Source: the human T2T-CHM13v2.0 reference genome, Homo sapiens
DNA: 64,000 nucleotides
Assembly: GCF_009914755.1 (NCBI RefSeq)
Contig: NC_060925.1
Reading direction: 5' to 3' (one strand)
A program made the translations under genes and the position numbers. The notes under the pieces were generated by a model. That model was not told the DNA's origin, ran no database searches, and worked only from the letters and a program-made list of their open reading frames with translations. This document shows positions 44,371-64,000 of this stretch, one piece after another (the first letter of the stretch is position 1; every line of letters starts with the position of its first letter).

Positions 44371-46853
44371 ACAGTGTGGTGGCATAAATGCAGACATATG
44401 GAAAGACAGAGTAGAATAAAAAGCCTGGAAATAAACCCTCACATATATGGTAAAATGATTTTTGACAAGGGTGCCAAGACCATTCAATGGGGAAAGGACC
44501 ATCTTTTCAACAAACAGTCCTGGGTAAACTGGATGTCCACGTGCGAAATAATGAAATTGGACCCTTACATAACACCCTATATGAAAATTAACTCAAAATG
44601 GATTGAAGACCTAAATTTAAGGCATAAAACTATAAAACTCATGAAAAAACTTATGGAGGACAAAATGTTCACAACATTGGATTTGGCAGTGATGTCTTGG
44701 ATATGACAGGAAAGGAAGAAGCAACAACAAAGAATTGGGCTTCATAAAAATCAAAAAACTTGTGCATCAAAAGATACTATCAAAAGTAAAAAGGCAGCCT
44801 AAAGAATGGAAGAAAATACTTCAAAATCATATATCTGAGAAAGGATTGATATCCAGAATATATGGAGAACACCTAAAACTCAACAACAACAAAGAGCAAC
44901 ATGATTCAAAAATAGGGAAAAGACTTAATTAAACAAAACATTCCTCCAAAGAAGATATACAGATAGCCAATAGCACATGAAAAGATGCTCTACGGGACTA
45001 ATCATTAGGGAAACACAAATCAAAACTATAATGAGATACCATTGCACACCCATTGTGTACCAAAAAAAATAAGATAACAAGCGTTGGTGAGGATGTGGAG
45101 AAATTGGAACTCTTTTGCATTTGTTGGCGGGACTGTAAAATGGTACAAACTGTGGAAAATAGCATGGAGGTTTCTCAAAAATTAAAAATAGAATTACCAT
45201 ATGGTCCAGCAATTTAACTTCTGAGTATACCTCAAAAGAATTGAAAGCAGGGTCTGGAGAGATATTTGTACATCCATGTCCATAGGAGCATTATTCACAA
45301 TAGTTAAGTGTGGAAACAGTCCAAGAAACCATCAATGGATGAATGGATAAGCAAAATGTGAGATTTTAAATATATATATATGCACAATGGAATATTATTC
45401 AGCCATAAAAAGGAAATTATGACAGACTACAACATGAATAAATCCTGAAGACATGCTAATTGAAGTAAGCCAGTCACAGAAAGACAAATACTGTATGATT
45501 TCACTTATATGAGGTACTTAGGATAGTCAAAGTCATAGAGAAAGAAGTAGAATGGTGGTTGTCAGGAGCTGGGAGGAGGGGGGAAATAGGCAGTGACTGT
45601 TTAATGAGTAAAGAGTTTCAGTTTTGCAAGATGAAAAGAATTTTGGAGGCGGATGGTCATGATGGTTGTACAAAATTATTAATACATTTAACACCACTAA
45701 ACCGTACATTTAAAAATAGTTAAGATGGTAAACGTTATGTTATATGTACTCTCCCACAATAAAAATATTGGAAAAAAATGTATTTCAGATCATATTACTC
45801 CTTTTCTCACTGTCCCCACTGCTTCTCAACACCCCCAATACTACCAATGACTCCTGTGTCAGTGAGAAATTCAACACCCCTACAGTGACCTTCAAGATCC
45901 TAGAGAACTGGCCCCATTTCCTCTCTTATCTCATCTCTTCCTACTTCCCTCCCCTCACTCATTCCATTCCAGTCACATTGGCCTCCTTGCAATTCCTCAA
46001 ACATGCTGGACACATTTCCACTTAAAGGCTTTGCACTGGCTTTTTCCTCTACCCAGAATGCTCTTTCCGTAGATACTCACATGGCTCCCTCTCTCACCTC
46101 CTCAACCCTTTGTACAAATCTTGTCTCCTCATTGAACCACTACCAATTTCTTTTATCCCGTTCCACATTTTTTCTATTCTGATTATAACCTTCAACCTCA
46201 CTAGATAATGTACTTATTTATTATGCTTATTGTGTGCCTGTCTCCTTCACAAGAATATAGATTCCTTGGAGGCAGGGATTTTTTGTTCTGTTTGCTGATG
46301 TATTTCAAGCACCTATATTGGTACCTGATACTTGGTAGGCATTTAATAAACATGTACTGAAAGAATGAATGAATAAAATTTTCATCTAAAGTTGAATTAG
46401 TAACTTTTGGCTCACTAGGGAAAGGAAACTAAATATGTTTCACCCCAGGAAAATTTAAGATTCAGGAGTATTCACAGAGTAAAATGTTGTAAGAAATCAC
46501 CTGCTATATTCAACTAACCCCCTTCAATATATATGTAGGTAAAGATGGATTAAAATGCACACTAAGGGCAAAGTCCCTGTCAGGTTGAGACTGCAGAAGG
46601 GAAGGGGCTTTGGTTGGAGGGTGTTTATGTGAATTGTGTGCATGCTTGTGGGTCCCTCCCATGAACCTTAACACATGTCACCAGATGGTGCCCAGCTTCA
46701 AAAGCACCACATAATCTGGACCCTGCTCATCTAACTGGTCACAATTTGTCCTCACTACATTAAACAAATGGGGGTCTGGCAGTGTGCAAGGCTGGGAGAG
46801 GGGTCAGGGGAAGAGTTCATTCTCCCTCTCTTATGGTGGAATTTTCCTGGCAG

Positions 46854-46958
46854 CCAAGATGATGAGATGGAAAAAGGCAGACCAGTGGCTACTCCAGAAA
46901 TGCATTGGCGGGGTCAGAGGGATGTGGCGCTTCTATTCCTACCTCACAGGCAGTGCAG
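46854..46958 (+). CDS. RGSL1: RGSL1 coding exon 5, probable cassette exon (AKMMRWKKADQWLLQKCIGGVRGMWRFYSYLTGSA)
   Basis: TTTTCCTGGCAG acceptor, CAG/GTGGGT donor; 105 nt, phase 1-1, in frame with exons 4 and 6; peptide resembles the N-terminal helices of an RGS domain. Confidence 0.78.
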
Positions 46959-47967
46959 GTGGGTTCTTGGGGTTGTTCCTGGGGCTTTTGCAAGTTCCTA
47001 ATGGTTTTCAGATTGCCCTAAGCCCCAGTTAACAATTATGTGTGTCTGTGTTGAATATAAACATGTTTAATAATGCAGTTTGGATAAAAATCTTTGAAAA
47101 CTGAGGTCCATAGTGTAGGTTAAGGGAAAGGTAGTCAGAGTCCCTTTTACTCGTTTATTCATTCATTCATTTAACAGTGTCATTAAGCACTGCTATGTGG
47201 CAGCCACTGGCCTGGTAGGTTGGGTTACAAAGGTGAACAAGAGCCATAAGTCCCTGCTTCACAAAGCTGCCATTTTGGTGGGGAGATGGACAAGGAACAC
47301 GTAAACAAATCCCTGTAGTGGGAGTGATGGGAAGACTGGCTTCTGTTCTATTGGGTCCAGTAGTTACTGGGTTCTGGGAGGCTGGTAGCTGGCCCTGGCT
47401 GACACTCCAGCTCAACAACATTAAGTTTCATCCAGGCCTTAGCCCTAATTTTAAGGGTGAAATCCTGGATCTCCAAGGAGCAGGTAGGGAAGAACTAGAT
47501 GGACTACATCTTTCACTTTGCCACTCAGAGTTCAGGCCTGGCCAAGTTTTAACAAAAGGGAATGTAGTCTTTGGCATCTTTTGGCTCCAGTGTCCTTCTG
47601 CAGGCCATTCTCAGTCCATGATCTAGGAAATGTGGTTTTTTTCCCCAATCTTCATTTTTTTTGGACAAAATTTAATTACTTCATAATCCTCCCCCAGAGT
47701 CTTGCAGTTTTCCCTCCAGTGATGGTTTTTCTAACACCAGCAACAAAAAGTCAAAGGATTCCCATGCATTAAGCCTCTTCTCCCCATGCCTCCAATTCTC
47801 CCCCACAGTAGAACTTTTCTAGAGATGATACCTTGAACCAATCACCAGGAATGATGATTGATGCAGTGGAACAGGCTGGTGGGGGATGTCAGTTGATTCA
47901 CCCAGATGCAACCACCAAAGGGGCAAAACTAGGGTATAGCTCTGTGCCTCTTCTGTCTCACCCGTAG

Positions 47968-48129
47968 GTGAAGAATTGGTGGATTTCTGGATCCTTGCTG
48001 AGAACATCCTGAGCATAGATGAGATGGACCTGGAAGTGAGAGACTACTACCTGTCCCTCCTCCTCATGCTGAGGGCCACTCATCTGCAGGAGGGCTCCAG
48101 GGTGGTAACCCTCTGTAACATGAACATCA
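47968..48129 (+). CDS. RGSL1: RGSL1 coding exon 6 (GEELVDFWILAENILS...CNMNI)
   Basis: Pyrimidine tract and CCCGTAG acceptor, GTAAGA donor at 48130; 162 nt, phase 1-1; EELVDFW resembles the RGS helix-4 motif EENLxFW. Confidence 0.92.
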
Positions 48130-49146
48130 GTAAGAATTATAAAGCATCTTTTTGGGGGGATGCAACAAAAAAGTAAATCCAGTGTCTGATAATCCTCAGT
48201 CTCCTTCTTTGCAGGAAACCCCACCTTCTTTCCATCTTCTATGTATCAGAGAGGCTAGTGGCAACCCCAACCCTTAACCAGGAAAGTATTGAAAGACACA
48301 GTTGTCCTTAAGCTGGCACTTGCCTCTCTCTAAGATACTACCTGCCAATGAAGGCTGGCTGGAAGGAGCGGGGAGGAATTGGGGCAGGATACTTGAAAAG
48401 CACCTGTAACATTTAAGTCTATGTACTTTTGTAATTTTATTTTTTTAATTGGGATTCTCTAGAACAAACTGCAGCCCACCAGCCAAATGCACTGTATGTG
48501 GCCTGTGAGCTAAGACCGTTTTTACATTTTCATAGGGCTAATTTTATGTGATTTACAAAGCCAAAATATTTACCATCTGGCCCTTTACATAAAAATTTGC
48601 CAACTTCTTCTCTAGAATGTAAGATTTATGTATACTTGTTTGTTCATTGATTAGATGATGAGGCATTCCTAACTCAAATACAAATGTGCTCCAAAAGATG
48701 TGCTGTTTGGGGTTAGTCATACTCCTCTCTACTCACATAGGTAATTGAGAATTGATGACATTAAAATCAGGGCTAGTTCTACTTATCCAGTCCAAACCTC
48801 TTCATCAAAAATCCTGTTCAGATGTAGATGTCTCTTGTTCTTAATCGTTTTTCTTGTGCTTTTGCTTTTCTTTAAAATAACATTTAATAATCTAAAAAGT
48901 AGCTAGAGGAATCCCATAGCATGGCTTATTTCTATGGAGAATAAGATAAAGGGATCCCTGTGTGCTGAGAAAACCATAAAAATGTGTCGACTCTATATTT
49001 AAACTATTCATACTCCAGGATTATATGAGGAACTAATAAAATGCTATATACAAAGACATTTGAAAAAAATTAAAAACCTCTCCAACACCATCATCACTGC
49101 CATCATCCCATCATTTTCACCCATGATTTCTCTGTATTATTTCCAG

Positions 49147-50114
49147 AGTCCCTCCTGAACCTCTCCATCTGGCATCCCAACCAATCAACCACTAGGAGGG
49201 AGATCCTGAGCCACATGCAGAAAGTGGCTCTGTTCAAACTCCAGAGCTATTGGCTTCCCAACTTTTACACCCACACCAAGATGACCATGGCCAAGGAGGA
49301 AGCATGCCATGGTCTGATGCAAGAGTACGAGACTCGCTTATACAGCGTTTGCTACACCCACATAGGAGGGCTCCCTCTGAACATGAGCATCAAGAAGTGC
49401 CACCACTTTCAGAAACGGTACTCAAGCAGGAAAGCCAAGAGGAAGATGTGGCAATTGGTAGATCCTGACTCTTGGTCTCTGGAAATGGATCTCAAGCCAG
49501 ATGCTATTGGTATGCCCCTACAGGAGACATGTCCTCAAGAGAAGGTGGTTATACAAATGCCTTCCCTGAAAATGGCTTCTTCAAAGGAAACAAGAATCAG
49601 TTCCCTGGAAAAGGATATGCATTATGCAAAAATATCCAGCATGGAGAATAAAGCCAAGAGCCACCTCCACATGGAAGCCCCCTTTGAGACAAAGGTCTCT
49701 ACCCACCTGAGGACTGTCATCCCCATTGTCAATCACTCCTCCAAGATGACAATTCAGAAGGCCATCAAGCAAAGCTTCTCCTTAGGATACATCCACTTGG
49801 CCTTGTGTGCTGATGCCTGTGCAGGGAACCCTTTCCGGGACCACCTGAAGAAGCTGAATTTGAAAGTGGAGATCCAACTTCTTGACCTCTGGCAGGACTT
49901 GCAGCATTTCCTCAGTGTCCTTCTGAATAACAAAAAGAATGGGAATGCAATCTTTCGTCACTTGCTGGGTGACAGAATCTGCGAGCTCTACCTGAATGAG
50001 CAGATTGGTCCGTGCTTACCACTCAAATCCCAAACCATTCAGGGCCTGAAGGAACTATTGCCCTCTGGGGATGTGATCCCCTGGATTCCCAAAGCCCAGA
50101 AGGAGATTTGCAAG
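49147..50114 (+). CDS. RGSL1: RGSL1 coding exon 7, large 968-nt internal exon (KSLLNLSIWHP...AQKEICK)
   Basis: TTCCAG acceptor ending at 49146, AAG/GTAGGC donor at 50115; contains most of track ORF 49215-50138 in the same frame; phase 1-0. Confidence 0.95.
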
Positions 50115-50263
50115 GTAGGCCATGCCTCACAGAAATAAGTTATATCTGGCAAATTAGGTCAAAACTGACTAAAAATCCCATCTGGTCACCTATACTGGCT
50201 AAGTGACTATATAATTACCCACATAAACCTTTACATATTGAAGAGTTGGTTGATCTGTTAAGG

Positions 50264-50591
50264 CAGGGGTCCCCAGCCCCTGGGCCGCAAATCTGTATCA
50301 GTCCATGGCCTGTTAGGAACTGGGCCGCACAGCAGAAGGTGAACAGCGGGTAAGCAAGCATTACTGCCTGAGCTCTGTCTTCTGTCAGATCAGTGGCAGC
50401 ATTAGAGTGCAAACAGTACTGTGAACTGTGAATATGAAGGATCTGGGTTGCATGCTTCTTATGAGAATCGAATGCCTGATTATCTGAGGTGGAACAGTTT
50501 CATTCTGAAATCATCCCCCCAGCCCCAAGTTCATGGAAAAAACTGTCATCCACAAAACTGGTCCCTGTGCCAAAAAGGTTGGGGACCGCTG
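50264..50591 (+). mobile_element. MER1B-like hAT-Charlie DNA transposon
   Basis: TIRs CAGGGGTCCCCA / TGGGGACCGCTG; degenerate 8-bp TSD TGTTAAGG/TCTCAAGG. Confidence 0.8.
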
Positions 50592-52585
50592 TCTCAAGGC
50601 ACAAATTTTGCAACGTCCCCCAAATCAGCCAAAAATTCTAAAGTACAATGGAGGTGGGGAGTGGTTGATGTCCATTCCTTCTTCACTTTCTTGTTATGTG
50701 AAGCCTCCCCAAACCATGAACCTCAGAGTATTCTATGAGGAGAGTTTTAAATTTCTGTTATAAACATTATGTATTGAAAAGCAAGGTCTCCCTTTACTAG
50801 ACTAGCCATCAAGGAAATGTTCAATTAGGATGAGTTTATTTTTATCTCAAAACATTAGATAAAAGCAAGAGAATACTCTGAAGACTCACAGGAAGTGATG
50901 CCCATCATATAGCTATTGTATCATCAAGTTCTTAGCAGAAAGCAAACGGCAAAGTTAAGTTGGGTAACAGATGAGAGACAAATAAGAGGGACTACTCACA
51001 AAGGAATGGGTGGTGCAGTGGGGCAACCACAGGGATAGTGTCATACCATAAAGTCAGTAAGGGCAGGGCACCTTTGTCATTCCTAGGTATGAAGAACTGA
51101 GGACAGGAAGCAATTACTAGAACCAGGAGAGAAAGAGCTGTATGGAGTGGGACACTTACTTGGCAGAAGCTGTAATCATCAGTTGAGGGATATAACTAGT
51201 TCACAGTGATCTAGTTTGGAGGGATTGGAGAAATAGATACCCCAAGCTCACTCTGCTCCTGATTTCCCATCTCCTGCCAGGACACCTCATCTGATAAACC
51301 CAAACAGAGGACAAGGGAACAGATTGATGTGGCGCATACAGGTTAATCTTCCAAGGCACAAACAGGGTGAAGAAGAGTAGAAAGTAGATCTGGAGGAGCA
51401 AATAGATAAAAAACATCAAATTATTTAGTGCATTATAACGTATTTACCTTGTAAAGCACATTCACACACATTGTGTCCTTTATGCTTCTTAGCACTCCCA
51501 AGAGACAGAGAGAATAGTCTTGTTGCTTCTCTTATACAGATAAGGGAATTGAGTCACACAGAGAGTAAGTGAATTAGCCCAAAGCCATGCAGCTAGCTAG
51601 TAGATGATCCAGGATCAGAATCCTGGAGTTTTCGGCTCTAAGTCTGGCATGATTTCCAGTATATCATAATTATCCAGGGTTGTACAGTGAGGTAATTTCA
51701 GAATAGATCAGTCTAGTGGATCCACAACCAAAGTTCTCCTTTGCTCAATTTTTGATTAATTAAAGCACAGTGGTCTTTCTGCATTTTGTGGAGCCATTTT
51801 ACGACAGAGATTCAGACTGGGACTGTGCTTTCTGGATCAGCAGATTCTCACAGCAAATACTTCTGCCTGGGACTTGGTGCAAATATACTGAAGATATTTG
51901 TACGTGGAGAAGACTAGCCTATCACAGTTACTCAGACTAAACATTTTTATATCATTCTTGACTCACCTCTTTGTCTTACACCCATGTCTAGTCTATTGGC
52001 AAACCCTGTTGGCATTACCTTAAGAAATCCAGAAGTGACCACTCCTTTCCACCGTTGTTACAACCACTCTCACCCAAGCCCTGTCCTCTCACCTGTAATA
52101 TTGCTATTGTCTTCTAACTGATGCCTCGGTGTCTACCCTTGCCCCTCATCAACTCATTTACATGCCAACCACAGTGATTCTGTCAAAACATAGTGTAATT
52201 TAACTGAAAATAAATAAAAGGAAATGAGTGAGAACCTTGAAAACAGATGGCTGTCTCAATGAAGATTTTTACTTTCAGTAAAATCCAAAGTCCCTAATAA
52301 ATCTAGCAAGGCCCTACATGATCTGCATGCCACCTCTCCTCTCTGGCTTCATCTACTATTCCACCCCCACCCCATGCTCATCATCAACTGTGCCAGGCAC
52401 GCTGCCAGCTTGGCTGTGCTCTGTAACATACAGATAACTGCATGGCTTAGTCTCTCACTCCCTCAGGTCTCCATTAAAGAGTCACCTTTTCAGTGAGGAC
52501 TTCCTTGGCCATTTGATATAAAATTGCAACCAGCTCCCCATTTTATTTTTGTCCGTAGCACATATCACTAAATACATACATACTC

Positions 52586-59015
<6,430 letters not shown>

Positions 59016-59304
59016 AATTTTAAAAATACATACTTAATATATGTGTATATATAAAATAAATGTAAAATTCTCATAATGTATATGAATACGTGTGTGCATA
59101 TAATGTACATCTATGACATACACATAAAATATACTTGTATTATATTTCAAATGAGACATAATGTGTATATGTAATATTTATAGACATATATTTCTATTAT
59201 TTTGCTTATTTTCTTTTTTTAACTTTCATTTTACGTTCAGGGGTACATATGCAGGTTTGTTATATAGGTATATTTGTGTCACAGCAGTTTATTGTACAGA
59301 TTAG

Positions 59305-61022
59305 TAGCACTTGGGTCTTGGGGTGCACGTTCACTTTATGTGGAATGGTTGGATGTAGGCTGCCCACAGAGCCAGGATATGTGACTCTGCAGCATCCCCT
59401 AGGAGCTCAAGCCCCGGGGTTCGGTTGTAACTGTAATTCTACCCTGAGGGACAGAGCACAGCTCTGGTCCAGCTTTGGGGAAGAAGGGGTACTCTGGAGG
59501 TTCGGGCCCACAGAGTGGGTTTGGGAACCTGAGCCAATAGGGCTCAGTGGCAACTCAGGTCCCTAGGGATGAGGCACCGTGTAGTGGTGACTCTAGACCC
59601 TGGGACGGTGGGGCTCAGAAGTATCCCAGACTCTGAAGCCAGGCGCAGTGGCACCAAGTATGCTAGAATACTTGGGATACAGGGAAAGGGATGTCTTAGC
59701 AGCTAGGACTCTAGAGGGCTAGTTCAGCTACAGGGAAGCAGGGTACTATAATTCTTTTGGCCTGTAGTGTGGGGTGCCTCAGCTCAGCCACTGTTCTGTT
59801 TCCCTGGGACCTGGGGTACTATGTCATCTTAGTCCTGGAATGCACAGCTGCTCAGTGTCACTTCAGCTTAGGCCCAGGGGTGTGACTATTCCAGGTAGCC
59901 CAGGCACTATTTCCCTGGGATGTAAGATGCCACTCAGCTTAGGTATTGGTGTATGTGACCGCTCTTCTGGGAGGCAGGACACTGCTTTAAATCAAGCATG
60001 AGAATATGTGACTGCTCTGGACAGCCAAGGTTCTGTTTTCCCAGGGGCCAGGGTACAGCAGCAACTGGAGGGATAGATGGAGCAGTTCCACCAATGCATC
60101 AATTTCCCAGGAAGGCGTGTGAAGCTTTGGCTTCAGTTCACAGGTTCGGGGCTCAGCAGTGACTAGGAGAGAAATATGGGGCAGCTCCAACAAGGCACTG
60201 TTTCCTCAGGAGGCAGTGTGCCATTTCAGTTCAGGCCCCTAGGGGCAGGGTGCAGGTGCAGCTGCAGCTGAGTGTGGTAGATGAAGCAATTCTACCAAAG
60301 TGCCATTTCCCCAGGAGGGAGTGTAGAGCTTAATGTTCAGCCTGAAGGGGTTAGGCAGAAGTGGGCAGAGCAGTTCCACTTGTGGTTGGCCCCAAGGGGA
60401 AGAGTGTGACAGCTGCCTGCAACTTGGCTTGGGGATGTCAGGCCATCAGGTGGGGGTGGTTTGGCAGCAGTTTACCCTCAGGGATGAAGGGAAGCTGTGG
60501 CTGCTTGCCCCTGGAGCAAGACACATTCCAGCAGTAATACCATTTCCAAGATGGTATAGCACGGTAGTCTTGCAGGCCACAGGAGGCAGGGCACAGTGTC
60601 AACTCCTTCTCTGGTGGGAGCATAGCTGTGTGGCCATTAGGCAGCTCCCTCAGCTGGGCTTAGTGCCTGTGAGGACTGCAGGGGACCCCAGTGGTGAGGA
60701 CTGTAGGTGTCTAATGTGTTAATGAGGGCTGCTGAGATCTTCTAGCCTAGCTTTTCACAATAGGAAGAAGTTCCTCCCGGTCCCCAGCTGATCCAGGCTC
60801 GGGGAGTGGGTGGTGGAGGCCCAATGTTTCCTTTCATTCTCTCTGTGGCTATCCTGAGTTTCTGTGTTCATCAGGGTTTCTGTTACTCCTTCAATGTACA
60901 CTTTCCTTTTGTTATTTTAACTTTTATTAGAATGTAGTTATTCATGTATTGTTTCAGCTGTGTTTATGGAGGCAGGGGCAAGTGCTGGGGGCTTCTAGTC
61001 AGCCATCTTGCTGACATCACTC
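59305..61022 (-). mobile_element. Old L1M-type 5'UTR fragment
   Basis: Reverse strand begins GAGTGATGTCAGCAAGATGGCTGACTAG, followed by GC-richer L1M 5'UTR-like sequence. Confidence 0.6.
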
Positions 61023-61287
61023 ATCTTGATCCTTGGTTTTCTCATCAGTACATTGGGGATCATAATGGCTGCCTCAAAGACACTCTATATGCAGCGCCTG
61101 GTAGTGAGTAGGTAAATACATGTTCATCCTCTTCTGATCTTTTATCAGACACATATAACCTTAGAATAGGTCATTAGAGATTCTGTCATCCCTTCTCTCA
61201 TTGTACAGCTGATGGGCCAAATTCTCAGGTCTCACTGCTATTTACTGACAAGTGCAGAGCCAGTGTCCAGATTCCTGCTCAGTCTAT

Positions 61288-61612
61288 TGCAAGGTTAGCA
61301 AACTACAGTCTGGGAGCCAAATTCGGCTTCCCACATGTATTTGCATGGCCAGCAAGCTAGGGATGGTTTAACATTTCTTTATAGTAGGGAAAAAAATCAA
61401 AAGAAGAACATATTAGGGCACATGGATAATACATGAAATTCAAATTTTAGTGTCCATAAATAAAGTTTTATTGCAACAAAACTGTGCCCGTTTGTTTACA
61501 TACTACCATGTCCTACAACTACATAGTTGAGTACTTGCAATGGACTATATAGCCCATATATCATAAAATATTTACCATCTGGCACTTCATAGAAAATGTT
61601 TGCAGAACCTTC
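61288..61612. mobile_element. MER58-like DNA transposon; a shorter MER58-like copy lies at about 48460-48610
   Basis: CAAACTACAG...GCCAAATTCGG...GCAAGCTAGGGATGGTTTAACATTT...AATATTTACCATCTGGC...AATGTTTGC. Confidence 0.65.
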
Positions 61613-61882
61613 ATCTATTGCATCACACACTGCTCTGAGAAGGGGCCGGGAGGGTTTGTCAAGTGATGGACAAGCTCAATTCTAAAGAAAATCCTAATAC
61701 ATTCTAACGAAAAACTATTAAAACTATTATAGGGTTTTTAGATGCTGTTTTATCATATTTATTATTCATGACTATTATTTTAATGTATATCTAGTTATTT
61801 CTTTTAATTGAAAATGCTCTATTAAGCATTGTTTCTTAAGAAATAAATTTATTTATCTATTAATTATTAGGTAGAGTCATAA

Positions 61883-62547
<665 letters not shown>

Positions 62548-63856
62548 AGTCATAAACCTTTTAAACCAAAAGGGATGTTAATAGGGTGCTCATTTCACAC
62601 ATGCTTTTTTATTATTCATATTTAATATATATTTACAGTTTATTTATTAATGAGTAACATTATATTACATTACATATTGCTCGGATTCAATCACTGAACT
62701 GAATTGTCTCAGGAATACACTTCACTCAAGTTTCCCAGGAGCCAAGGAGATTTGTTAAAGCTACTAAAATTTATATCCCTAAACTCACCTTTTCGCTGCA
62801 TGATTGAGGCAGCTGGCGGAGATAATCTTACATTCTTAAAAATTACTATCAACAATTCATTGCCTACAAAATAATCCCCAGATTACTCAGCAAGGCATTC
62901 AAGTCCCTCATATATAATTCCAATGCATCCCTGCTTCCTCTCTTGCCACTTCCCCATCCCTGGGCTCTTCACATGAATGCCACATTTCAGCCCACACTGA
63001 AGTACTCATGATTCCCAAACATGTTCTTTCCTATCCCGATGCCTTTGCTTAAGCTCTTTCTACTGCATGGCATGATCTTTACTCAACTTCCCTGTGGTGA
63101 GCTCCTACTTATCCTGCAAGGTGCACAGTTAGATTAAACCTCCTTACCTTTATGAATTCTTCCTGGATTTCCCTGACTGAATCAGAAGCTTTGTTAATAC
63201 CTCTGTTAGAGCATGTGTTATGCTGCTGTTCACGCTGGAAGCTGAGCTCCTTATAGCGACACTTGCAGCATGTTGATCTCTATATTCCCAGCACTTTGTA
63301 AAGTGCCTGACACATAGGAGGCATTCATAAAGCATTTGTCAAATGAATGAATGAATGAAACTGAGAGTATGGGTTAATATATCTAGCTAAGCACTAACTC
63401 ATAGGTTTTATTGTTGTGTGTTTGTTTGTTTTAATGTAATAAAATGTTATTCACAAAAGGGTAAGGTCTTCAAGTGGGAGATATGAGTAGACACACCAAA
63501 GAAAGATGCTTGGTTTTCAGGGCCATTTTGAGAAAAAATGAGATATTACTTTGGAACAGAATGAAATAATATGCAGATGTTAAGTAATGGTTCTGTAAAT
63601 TATTTGTCATCTCTCTTCTTAAGTAAATATTTAGTGCTCTCCTCTGAGACTTAGAGAGAGGCTGTGTTAGCTGCTCTATTCAGAGATAAAAGAATGCCTC
63701 CTGGTTGGTCATAGCTAATGTTTGCTGTTCCATTAGATCTCCAAATTACAGAACCCAGAATCTTCAGCCTACTCTGCTCCCAGGTGAACATATGCAGGAA
63801 AGATGCAGCAAGCTGACCATCCACCTCATAATGCATATGCTGTGTTTGGTTTTCAG

Positions 63857-63919
63857 ATGCTCAGTCCCTGGTATGATGAGTTTCTAGATGAAGAGGACTA
63901 CTGGTTTCTCCTTTTTACG
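63857..63919 (+). CDS. RGSL1: RGSL1 coding exon 8 (MLSPWYDEFLDEEDYWFLLFT); gene continues beyond the window
   Basis: TTTTCAG acceptor, ACG/GTAGGA donor; 63 nt, phase 0-0; completes the RGS-like AQKEICKM..WYDEFL motif. Confidence 0.88.
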
Positions 63920-64000
63920 GTAGGAAGGACTTTGGGTTAGGAAGGAATCATGAGGATGAGGGAAGAAGAAAGAGTAATTACTGTTTTAAAAGGGTTATGT

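Noticed and set aside
49215-50138. Stand-alone 307-aa gene
   Set aside because: It is an internal exon with acceptor at 49146 and donor at 50115; VGHASQK is intron read-through.

Overview
Primate (almost certainly human) genomic DNA, apparently 1q25.3. The window holds the first eight coding exons of RGSL1 on the + strand (ATG at 25739). I spliced them by hand into an uninterrupted 533-codon frame (MSSAEIIGST...EDYWFLLFT) that continues past the window. Upstream is an intronless TMEM45/TEDDM-family copy with two frameshifts (probably TEDDM2P, 17150-17935). Most of the rest is interspersed repeat: about 30 Alus, a full-length SVA nested in an Alu nested in an LTR8-like LTR, solo LTR7 and MER39-like LTRs, MaLR LTRs, two long old sense-strand L1s (one carrying two younger L1PA insertions), MER DNA transposons and a 34-bp palindromic AT-rich VNTR. 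There is no prokaryote-type system such as CRISPR or an operon. The best leads are: (1) RFX X-box motifs plus three degenerate RGS22-like repeats, suggesting a motile-cilium/flagellum gene; (2) a strong-Kozak 3-codon uORF whose stop overlaps the RGSL1 ATG; (3) a frame-preserving 105-nt exon that supplies the start of one RGS-like repeat; (4) a still-open 235-aa ORF in the TEDDM pseudogene; (5) several fossil template-switch scars. Gene and repeat-subfamily names come from recognition, not database searches.
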